A stretch of 64,000 nucleotides of DNA from NCBI RefSeq assembly GCF_009834535.1, contig NC_045697.1, positions 117,740,001-117,804,000 on the forward strand, in the 5' to 3' direction. The notes under the pieces are model-generated. The model saw nothing but the letters and a program-made list of their open reading frames with translations, was not told the DNA's origin and made no database searches. Both the position numbers and the translations under genes were made by a program. Of the stretch, positions 13,606 to 23,420 are shown piece by piece (within the stretch, counting starts at the first letter, position 1; every line of letters begins with the position of its first letter). The DNA comes from Camelus ferus. Its lineage: Eukaryota.

Positions 13606-16351
13606 GAATCAGAAGAGAGAGCAAGAAAACTTCTAACATTTGATTTTCTGAGAAAAAGTCAGGCCCCATGGTTCCTGCCCTCCTGGGTGTTAAGTGATTA
13701 ATTGAATGGAGAATTGGCTTTAAATCTTATTTCACTTCAAAAAAACCTTTTTTTAGGAGTGACACCCACCCTCCTTCTCCCAAATTATCATGGTTAATAC
13801 CCAAGTACATTCTAGCATGTCCCTCAGCAGGGCTTTGCAGGTAGCTCTCTGCAGGCATCCAGCTGGAGTGGGCACTCCCTCTTAAGGTTTAAGAAAACAT
13901 GAAAACCACAAAGAATGCTCGCAATTATGTTCTCCTGGTTGGTGGAACAGATGCTTTTCCTCAAGGAAAATGCTTTAGGCCAAAACAAAGCCACATTCAT
14001 TCAAAATGTCTTGTTTAGTAGTTGTGCAGAGTCTGGATTATATAAAATTTACTTTCGATGCAAGGATCTCACTTTCTTAGGAAGGGTTTATGAGCAAAAT
14101 GGAGCATGGAGACAGGCAGCGGACACCGTGCTGAAAGAATCAACTATGCCAAGGGGGAGGGCCGTTCAAGAGACAATAGTGCGGGTCCCCTGGAAGGAAA
14201 CAAGGCAACGTGGACGCAGTTTAGTCTTGGGGGGGGTCACTCGGGAGAACCTGGCTGGCTTCAGTTATAAGGCGGCTGTCAAATCAATCTGTAGAATGTG
14301 GATGAGGTGAAAGGCAGAGGTGAGGTATTATGCTAGATCATCTGTAACTTTTCAAATACAACCTTCACGCTGAAATTCCAGGGAGAATGTAAGTGACTCC
14401 AATAAAGAAACCTGTCAGTCAGTCAGGAGTGTTCATTTATTGTCCCCCTGGGCCAGGCACTGCTCTGGCCAAAATGAAATGATACGGAATAAAGAGTAGT
14501 CATCACCCTGACAATCTTGTGAGAGCAAATGGATTAAATCTGCAGCCACACACACACACTCACTCTCTCTCGGTAGGTGGCCAAGAAACATCTCGATGAG
14601 AAAATTAAACTTGCAAAGTTAAAAAGACTGAGGAGTAGTGAGTTTTATTACAAATAGATGAAAATGTGCTCAGAAAGCATGTCTTCTAGATGGCAAGTCT
14701 CATGCTACCAGAACCGGGAACCCTCACCCACTCTGTCCCACATCTACAAGACCTTTTGGGAACATATTTATTGTGCCGAGAGGGATTCACACTGGTGCTG
14801 AGCTGCTGCTGAAGTGAATGAAATGACAATGCTTGTGTCTGCTACACTGTAAATCCTCGAACGTCAAAGACTGGGCCTGATTTATGGGCCCTCATATCCT
14901 GCAGTCTGAGGACAGAAGGCGGAAAGGAGTAAGAATGAAGGGATAGGATGGGTGACTCAAGGGTACAAGGAGGAGCTGAGCTGAGGAGAACCTTAAAAGG
15001 GAAAAAAAAAGGAAGAGGACTAGGACGTCACAAGTTGGTTGGTCTCAGTGGGCGTCCAGGCACAGGAAGAGGGCTTGACCCTTTCGCCAGACCTAGGAAG
15101 GGTGAGCCCTGGTCTGGTCCACTAACAGGATGCCTCAGTCTGAGCACCCCTGGACCCCTTTACTGGGCAGCTCTCCTCAGTACTCACAGATGGCCTCGCA
15201 AGGCCAGGAAGGGCAGCTCCTTACAGTCGAGACTCCACCCTGATTCCAGCCCACACCTTAAGGCTCCGTCCTTCCCCCAACCTGTACTGAGCACCGGACC
15301 TGGTCTGATCTTCTGCATTGACCGGCTGACCAAAGCTCGCTCTGCTTTGCTCTGCGTGGCCCTCGCTTGCTGTAAATTTGAGGCGGGCCAACTTGTAGGC
15401 AGGCTTCTTCGGGACAGAGACTTTGGTCCCTGTGCACTACTCCGGCCCCAGTTCCCAGAACACTGCCTGACCCAGGAGGCAGTCAAGTCAATGCGGTGTT
15501 CCCTGAATGAATGCACGACGTGGTTATCATTTTGGCCTTATGTCTTGACTTCTGCTTTTTCCACTCCCTGCTCGGGAGAGCTGGAAAGCGGAGGGGAATC
15601 CTTGCCTTCCAGTTTCCCGTATTCCTTCAGGCCAGAAAGTCCGGCCCAAGGGCCCCGCGCCAGCGCTTTGGGGATGGAGATGCCCTCGGGAGGGAAGGAG
15701 CAGCCCGGGCGAGGGGGGCGTGGGGACGGGGGTGTAGAGGGGCAGGAAGTTCTTCCCACTTCTTCTGACCTCCGCGGTCCCCGCAGCACCACGCGTGCTC
15801 TGTATCCCGGGCCAGGGCGTCCCGGGAGGGGAGCCCGCGCCGCACCCCCGCCGGGGCCCCTCGTACCCAGGCCGCGCCGGCACCTGCCGACGGGCGGTCG
15901 GCCGCCCAGGCGGGCGCGCAGGCTCCGGCCTCCTCTCCCTCCTCCCTCCTCTCCCTCCTCCCTCCTCTCCCCCCTTCCCGCGGGCGGCGGCGCCCCGCCT
16001 GGCCCGGCCCCCGGCCCCCTCCTCCCCGCGGCCCGGACGGTGGGGAAGGGGAGGGGACAGCCGAGCCCCGGCGCTCGGCCTGCTCTCCGCCCGGGGCCGA
16101 TCGGCCGCGAGGCCCAAGGCGCGGGGGAGGGGACACCGAGCAGGGCCCCGCACACCCGGAGTCCGACCTCCCGGCGGCGCGGAGCGGGTTCGCGCCCGGA
16201 GCGGGGAGCTGGGGTCGCGGAGGCCCGTCCAGGTGCCGGGAGCCGCGCAGCGCGGGGCGGGAGAGGGACCCACGGCCTCCCCGCGCCTGGCACCCCCGGC
16301 CCGGCTGGGACCCCCGGCCCCGGCGCCGCGCCCGCGTCTCCCCTCCCCCGC

Positions 16352-16378
16352 GGGGTGGGGGCGGGGCGGGAGCGGGGG
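16352..16378 (+). promoter_or_regulatory. GC-box cluster (Sp1/Egr-1-type) and G-quadruplex motif
   Basis: GGGGTGGGGGCGGGGCGGGAGCGGGGG has overlapping GGGGCGGGG and GTGGGGGCG and five G-runs. Confidence 0.7.
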
Positions 16379-16379
16379 C

Positions 16380-16859
16380 CGCGGAGCCGCATCGATCGCC
16401 GCTTTGTTATCGATCGGAGAGCGCCCGCCGCCGCCTGGGCTTCCGGGCGGCTCCGCGCGACCCTCGACTGGTCGCCGCTCCGGGCCCCCCCAGCTGACAG
16501 GTGCTCCTGGCGACCGGCTGGGGACGGGTGGGCACGCCCGGGCCCCCCGCGTCCCCACCCCCCGCACCCCTCCCCTCCCCACCCCCACCGCGTCGGCCGA
16601 GCGCAGGATTTGTGGAAACCTTGGGAAACTGGTTCGGGTCCAGGTTTTGCTTTGATCCCTTTCACAAACTGGAGGCGCACAAGCGGGCCCTCGGAGAAAG
16701 TCTCGGAGGCGATTATGTGGAAGCTACCCCGCGAGCCCCTGCGGCCCGAGCAGGCGCGGCGCGTCCAGCCCGGCGCGGCCCTCCCCCGGCGGCGCTGAGC
16801 CCGACCCGGAGCCCGGCTTCCCCAGTGCCCGCCGAGAGCGCGCTCGCCCGCCCAGCCCA
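16380..16859 (+). other. PDGFC: PDGFC exon 1 5'UTR (start site uncertain, may lie further upstream near 15900-16000)
   Basis: CTGACAGGTGCTCC and AAACCTTGGGAAACTGGTTC.GGTCCAGGTTTTGCTTTGATCC resemble the human PDGFC leader as I recall it. Confidence 0.75.
16715..16798 (+). other. Upstream ORF, 27 aa (MWKLPREPLRPEQARRVQPGAALPRRR)
   Basis: The only ATG I find between about 15700 and the main start; context ATTATGT; TGA ends 61 nt before the PDGFC ATG. Confidence 0.65.
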
Positions 16860-16977
16860 ATGCTCCTCCTCGGGCTTCTCCTGCTGACATCCGCCCTGGC
16901 CGGCCAGAGACCCGGGACTCGGGCTGAGTCCCACCTGAGCAGTAAACTCCAGCTCTCTGGCACCAAGGAGCAGAACG
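16860..16977 (+). CDS. PDGFC: Platelet-derived growth factor C, coding part of exon 1 (signal peptide and N-terminus; 118 nt, phase-1 intron follows)
   Basis: MLLLGLLLLTSALAGQRPGTRAESHLSSKLQLSGTKEQN(G) matches the PDGF-C N-terminus (human recalled as MSLFGLLLLTSALAGQRQGTQAESNLSSKFQFSSNKEQNG); strong donor AACG|GTGAGT at 16977/16978. Confidence 0.97.
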
Positions 16978-19209
16978 GTGAGTCCCCCGGCCCCGGTCCC
17001 GCCGCTGCGGGAGGCCGCCTCGTGCGCCCGTGCGGGATACGGGAGGGTCCCCTCGCCCACCCGCCCCTGTGGGCACCGACGTGGGGAGGATCCGCCGCGT
17101 TTGCGAGTTCGGAAGCGGCCGCCGGACTCCGACCGGGTGACCCGAGGGCCACCGCAGGCGCAGCGGGAGAGGGGACATTCTGGGGGCGGTGGGGGACGTC
17201 AGCCCTAACGCGCCTTGCAGGACCTCTCCTTGCCAGAGTTCTAAGTTCAAGAAGTGCCTCTAAAAAGGAGTCCAAAATGAATGAGTCTTGGCATGTTTGA
17301 CTTTCCTCAGCTTTTTTCTATTGGGGGAGTTGCCGAGACATGTATCAGCCCCCTTAATTGAAGCGCTCGCAATGGAAAGGCATCAGTTAATCAGTAAGTA
17401 GCCAGGAAATAAAGAGGTCAAGAGGCCGTGTGGACATTTTCAGGGGGAATTAAAACATGGATTTCTCTTTTGCCCAACATTTTTTTTTCTTTTCTTTTCT
17501 TTCTTTTTTTATTGCGCCTTTGTACTCTGACGCCCTCACCTTTTTGGTGGTGTGTTTTTCTGCGTGATGGTGAGTGACTGCTATTTTGTGTGTGCTGGAA
17601 ACGACTTAATCCTGCCGAGGAAATGAGAATTACTTTCAGCTTTCAAGTGTACCTGAAATGTTTAGAAAACTCTCAGATGCAAGTTTTCTTGGGCTGGGAT
17701 TGTGGGGAGCTGGAGAAAGGCTCCTTTCATAAAGCCAGGGCTGCTTCAGGGTGTGTAATTTGCTTAGCCTCTGAACCCCATATGATTTACATCATTCAAT
17801 TTCTAAACTCTTTTCCTCTTGATCTCCCATTATGAAGTCATTTTTTGAGACTGCTTTGTAAATAGAAATCTTATCCTGCCTGTGAAACCACCATGTTAAT
17901 GTAGGCTGTCTAAAATTAGAATATTAAACACCCTGTTTACCAGAGGTGGCTCTCAGTGTTATTTGAAGAGAAATGTATATGTTTTTTCGCTGCTTTGTAT
18001 GCCATCTATTGGGAATGCCAGCATGCTGTCCCTTCGTTAACCAGGCGAAATGAACGCAAGTGGCATACTTAGGAAATCAGATCGGTGTGTAGGGTTTTTA
18101 AGTCACAGCAACTTTATGTTTTGGGGGAGTTTCAGAGCTTCAGCTTTGAACGTAAACTCTCTAAAGTGTTCATCTTTAAGAAAGTGCAGAAAGTTCTAGA
18201 GTACAAAAAATAGATACCATAAGGATTCCTGGGACCTTGTTGGCAGTTTGCATTTGCAGGATGTGCAGCAGGACCGGGTTTAAAAGCCATTGTGAACGCG
18301 GTTGCTGCCTACAGCTTGCTGGGTGGGACAGCCCGGGGCACCTGCACGGGTGGGTCTCCAGCCACGGGAGCTGCGGAGGGCTGGGGGCAGTAATCCCAGC
18401 AGCTCCCGCCCCAGGTGGACCCTGGCAGGAAACGGCCCGACCCACCTTTGTGCTTTCTCCTTTGAAAAAAAATATGCGGCTCAAAATACCACTTCTTACC
18501 GGACCAGCTGTTCCACAATGGCCATGCGCGCCCTCCCTGGCTTCTGTCTTCTGTTTTTGACTTTTTCTGTCCTAAGTCCTTTCTCCTGCAGCTCTGACTC
18601 ATCGGCCCTCATCTTCCTGATTACCTGTGCGACTTGTGCCAGTCCTCGCCCTGACCTTGTCCCTCTTTCTTGTGATCCACGTGCATCATCACCTCTGCCT
18701 GGGCTCCCGGACTTCACCAGGGTCCTTGTGGGCGGGGGGAGGCTCACACCATCCCAGAGGTGGGTCCAGGAAGCCAGGCACACACTGTCTGTTGCCTTCT
18801 GGGGCCCAGCCATTTCCATTCCTAAGATGCATGCTGCTAAAAATAGCCATTTATTTCTGAATGGGCGTGCGAGGATGAGGCTCTGTTTAGTGCTTGTAGG
18901 GTGGGCAGCCGGAAGTCCCTGGAGGCAGAGGCCCTGCCCACACCTTGTCCCCTCCAGCCTGGAGCCGCGGGGCCGGCCAGCACCAGGGGGCAGTGTGGAG
19001 CTGTCTCCCTGCACAGGCTCAGAGTGATTTGCGGGTGATCTTAGGATTCCTGGGTCCGTGACTGGAGTTTAGCAGGTGAACGCTAAAGGAGGGCCCCCTG
19101 GAATGTCCACAGATTTGCTGCAACTTCTTTTTTTGTGGCTTTCACGTTTTCCACTCCCTCATGTGGGTATTTTTGGCCATCCTCTTGAATTATGGTTGAT
19201 TTAAAAAAA

Positions 19210-19600
19210 ATTTTTTTTAGTGAAGTGTAGTTGATTTACAATGCTAGTTTCAGGTGTACAGCAAAACGACTCAGTTATTTTTTTTAATGTATTTATTTAT
19301 TTTGTTTTTTGGGGGGAGGTAATTAGATTTATTTGCTTATTTGTTTGTTTATAGAGGAGGTACTGGGGATTGAACCCAGGACCTCATGCACGCTAAGCAT
19401 GCGCTCTTACCACTTGAGCTCTACCCTCCCTCCAAAATGACTCAATTACACATATACATACATATATATATATATTTCCAGATTCTTTTCCATTATAGGC
19501 TATTACGAGATAGTGAATGCAGTTCCCTGTGCTATGCAGTAAGCCCTTGTTGTTTACCTGTTTTGTGAACAGCATTGTGTATCTGTGAATCCCAAACTCC
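19210..19600 (-). mobile_element. L1 3'UTR fragment interrupted by a SINE
   Basis: TGAAGTGTAGTTGATTTACAATG...CAGGTGTACAGC, resuming after the SINE through AGTTCCCTGTGCTATGCAG...TCCCAAACTCC. Confidence 0.85.
19278..19433 (-). mobile_element. tRNA-derived SINE (Vic-1-like)
   Basis: GGAGGTACTGGGGATTGAACCCAGGACCTCATGC...GAGCTCTACCCTCCC; 15-bp TSD AAAACGACTCAGTTA/AAAATGACTCAATTA. Confidence 0.9.
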
Positions 19601-20463
19601 AGCCAGTTTTTGAGTGCCTGCTTGCTTGCTCTTCTCAGTTTAGATGACTGTCTGGCTCTGCAAGTGCCCGCCCACCTGAGGAGGCCACACAGAAAATGCC
19701 ATTAGCCCAGTTTGCACACTGCATCCTTTTGTGAAAGGTCTTCCCGGTGCTAAATAGGAAATGTCCAGATTCATCTGTCATGACTGTGGGAGCTCCTTCT
19801 GGCGTTCAGCCGCCCCTCGCCAGTGGTAGTCTCTTACCTTGAAGACTCCCAGGCCCCCTGCTGGGCCGACCGGGTCAGACCCCCGGGCCTGCTCAGTGTC
19901 AGGGTCAGCTGGGTGTCCTGGGACGTGGTTATCGGTGGATGTTGATTGCTATAGTCAGTGCTAGGGGCTGGGGTTGAGGCTGGGACAGGTGCAGGCGCTT
20001 CACAGTTAGGTTTGAGGGCTCAGTCTCCTTTACCCTGTTACTAGTTACTTGGTTGTTTACTTAAAACCCTGCCGCAATTCTTGCCTCTTGACTGTAAACG
20101 TAATTGCATCCTCCAGTATTTTAAGTGGCCTTTGTGTCTTTCATCCTGAACCTGACTACTCACAATGAAGTCTCACCTATCACCCCAGGGTCTCCACCCA
20201 GATTTAACTCAAAAGAGGGAGGGAGAAGGTAAGAACCCTGACTTAGGTGGGGCTTCTGGCCTGGCCTCCCTGTAAGAGCAGAGGGAAAATGACCGCCATC
20301 TGTGTGCGCTCGCTCATTGAAAAGAATGCCCAGCACGGAGGGGGTCAGTCCTGGGGTGGTGCTTCAGGGAAGAGGTCACGTCCATCAAAAATGGAACAAA
20401 CCCTAAGAGACACCAGTCACAGCGTTGTTGCTGGAATAAGGTCTCGTGTCATTGGAGAGGGAG

Positions 20464-20625
20464 TTTTTTATTTTATTTTATTTGAAAACGCTTATTTGTT
20501 TGTTTTAGAGGGACGTGATTAGGTTTATTTATTTATTTGCTTATTTAGTGGAGGTACTGGGAATTGAACCCAGGACCTTGTGCATGCTAAGCAGGCTCTG
20601 TACCGCTGAGCTCTACCTTCCCCCA
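20464..20625 (-). mobile_element. tRNA-derived SINE (Vic-1-like)
   Basis: GGAGGTACTGGGAATTGAACCCAGGACCTTGTGCATGCTAAGC...GAGCTCTACCTTCCCC. Confidence 0.88.
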
Positions 20626-20744
20626 GCCAGGAGGGGGATTCTGATTCACCTTTTGACCTGAAACAAGCCTCCTTCTGTTCTCTTCTCTTCCCACTCCGAG
20701 GATAGCTTTGGGACATGCCCTGCTTGGGCTATCCCTGTGAACCT

Positions 20745-20910
20745 CATTTTTAAAGTAGTCACTGTACGATATGACGCAAGTTGCAGGTGTACAACATAGT
20801 GATGCACGGTTTTTAAAGGCTGCACTCCATCTATGGTTATTATAAAGTATCAGCTGCAGCCCCTGTGTGGTGCGAGCCATCTTTGTGTTTTATGCACAAT
20901 ACTTTGTACC
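20745..20910 (-). mobile_element. Older L1 (L1MA-like) 3' fragment
   Basis: AGTTGCAGGTGTACAACATAGTGAT...TTTTAAAGG...GGTTATTATAAA. Confidence 0.65.
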
Positions 20911-21909
20911 TTTTACCCCCTCCCCCTCCAGCCCCTCCTTCCTCTCATCCCCCCACCGAGCGTCATTTATGGTTCCTGCTCTTTATCTCCAGGGCTCTTG
21001 TGGCCTGTGGGGCCGTTTACTCTGGGGACAAGTGGCCCCCTCGTAACCCCTTGCCAAGAACACAGTCTTGTGTGCGTGGCTCGCCTGTCTGTCTTTCTCC
21101 TCCTCCTCCTGCTGCCAGTCCACTCCCCATCCCCCTTTTTAGGTGGTGGCTTCAGAGCAGATGGTCACAACCTTTAGAGCTGTGTCCCTGAGTGAGAAGG
21201 CTCTGCCCGAGGGCCACAGGGGCTTTCCTGCCAGCTCGTCTGTCAGCTGTAGTGCGTGACCTTTGTGACATAGATTTTTGTTTTTTAGATACTTTTTTTT
21301 TATTTAACTTCCCCCTGGTTCTTTGCTTGGGACAGTTGAGGAAGTGGAAGCAGTGAAGAACCATTATGTAATGATGATGTTGTTTTTCACACTGGGTCAC
21401 AGAAAGCCCCCTTCTATTTTACGGTAACTGTCCCCGCCACTGCCCGCTGTCATCTTGTACACTTAATGTGCCATTCTTGGTGTTTACCTCTAAGAACAGA
21501 TCAGAAAGCACAAAGGTTGTAAGACACTTCAGGGCTGAGTGTCTCATTTGTTAAATGGCTGTAAGTAGATGCTGGGGTCCGACCCGAGACCCGGACCTTG
21601 CTCCTGGGCGCGTCTGGTAGCACCGTGCCGCGGGCACTGTGATCCAGCTGTGTCTGCTCTTGTTCCATCCTTCCTGAAATGTGTTTCCTGCGTATCTTCT
21701 TCACAGCCTCTGCCAGCTCGTGTTTTTCAGTCTTTGGCCCGCTGGAATTGCGTTTTGTCTGTGAACTTGCACAGTTTTGGTAGAAACAGCATTCAGATGA
21801 CGATGTGATGATGTGTGTTAAATAAATAATAATTGAATCAATGCATTCATAATGTCCACAACCACCGCCCCCCCCAATGTGGCCAAGACTCCTAGACCTT
21901 TCCCCACAG

Positions 21910-22160
21910 TTTATTTATTTTTTATTTTTTTAACTGAAGTATCGTCAGTTTGCAATGTTGTGTCAGTTTCTGGTGCACAGCATCATGGTTCAGTCATACA
22001 TATACATACATAAATTCCTTTTCGTATTCTTTTTCGTTATAGGTGACTACAAGGTATTGAATATAGTTCCCTGTGCGGTACATTAGGACCTTGCTGTTTA
22101 TCTATTTTTTATATAGTAGTTAATATTTGCTGATCCCAAATCCCCAGTTTATCCCTCCAC
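21910..22160 (-). mobile_element. L1 3'UTR fragment
   Basis: T-rich tail, then CTGAAGTATCGTCAGTTTGCAATGTTGTGTC...AATATAGTTCCCTGTG; degenerate TSD CCCCACAGTTT/CCCCATAGGTTT. Confidence 0.88.
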
Positions 22161-22914
22161 CCCCATAGGTTTTTATTGATATCAGCCCAGATAGGAGAAG
22201 TCATAATAAAAGTCCGTCGATTTACTTAGTCTAATTTTGCTGTCTCTGATGGTTTTGAAAGCATGATACTAAGCCAGCATATGTCTGTCTAATGCTGGGT
22301 AATGTCTGTGTAACTCATTGGTTAAATAGCCTCTGTGAATTATTTTTCCCCACCCCTGCCTCCAACTGTGGTATTTTTCCCCCAACATCTCCCTTGTCTG
22401 TCCCTGGAGCACCTGTCTCGTGGCTGATTTTCAGTTGTCGTGCGCTGGTACCACCACGTTGGTCATTAAAGCATCAGAACATTCCCAGGGGGTCAGGAAG
22501 GAGCCTGGCTGTTCCTCTGGGACAAATGGACCATCTATGAGCCTGAAACTGGGGGTTGATGCCTGGCAGGCTCAGGACACCTGGGACGCTCCGGCAACCC
22601 TGCTGGCCTCCTTCCCAACTGACCCGTGCACCTGCCACCCTGATGGTCAAAGATTTTGACACTTTGAGCTATGGACGATTTAGTTCATATGGGGATTAAA
22701 ACTATCCTTCTCTTCTCCCCACTGCTTGGCACTCAGGCCCGACCCACCTGCTGCTTGAAGGTCCTGGAGGAAGAAAGCGACTGGCCCTGGGCCAGCCTTC
22801 TGCCTGTGGCCTCTCGGCATGGGGGCCTGGGAGGGGAAAGCGAGGTCCTGGCACACGGGGCCTGGGTAGCACCTGCTGTCATCAGGATTAAATAGACCAT
22901 CCTCTCTGTGTGGT

Positions 22915-23420
22915 CTTTTTTTACCTTTTTTTCCCAGTTATACACATATATATTCTTTTTCATATTTTTTTTCATTACAGGCTATTGCAAGGTATTGAAT
23001 ATAGTTCCCTGTGCTGTACAGTGGGACCTTGTTGTTTATCTATTTTATATACAGTAGTGTGTATCTGTTAATCCCAAACTCCTAATTTATCCCTCCCTCA
23101 ATCTCCTTTCTCCTTTGGGAACCATAAATTTGGTTTGTATGTCTATTTCCAGTCTGTAAATGAGTTCATTTGTTTTTTTTTTAGGTTCCACATATAAGGG
23201 ATATAATATGGTATTTGTCTTTCTCTGACCTGCTTCACTTAGAATGACGACCTCCAGGTCTATCCATGTTGCTGCAGATGGCATTATTTCATTCTTTTTT
23301 ATGGCTGAGTAGTATTCCATTGTATAAATATACCACAATTTCTTTATCCAGTCATCTGTCAATGGACACTTAGGTTGCTTCCATGTCTAGGCTACCGTAA
23401 ACATTGCTGCTGTGAACATT
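22915..23420 (-). mobile_element. L1 3' end including an ORF2 C-terminal remnant
   Basis: ORF 23087..23362(-) reads DWIKKLWYIYTMEYYSAIKKNEIM...ATWIDLE, the L1 ORF2p C-terminus. Confidence 0.92.

Larger units (their letters stand above)
15640..17220. promoter_or_regulatory. PDGFC: CpG island / GC-rich promoter of PDGFC
   Basis: Very high GC and CpG density spanning the promoter, exon 1 and the start of intron 1; boundaries estimated by eye. Confidence 0.9.

Noticed and set aside
15527..17275. Long antisense and overlapping ORFs (570, 353, 286 and 183 aa) across the CpG island
   Set aside because: Low-complexity G/P/R/A peptides expected from stop-poor GC-rich DNA; no recognisable domains.
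18302..19027. 241-aa ORF in intron 1 with hydrophobic stretches
   Set aside because: Starts at TTG, no recognisable homology, lies in moderately GC-rich intron.
23087..23362. ORF resembling a real protein
   Set aside because: It is the degenerate L1 ORF2p C-terminus of a truncated element.
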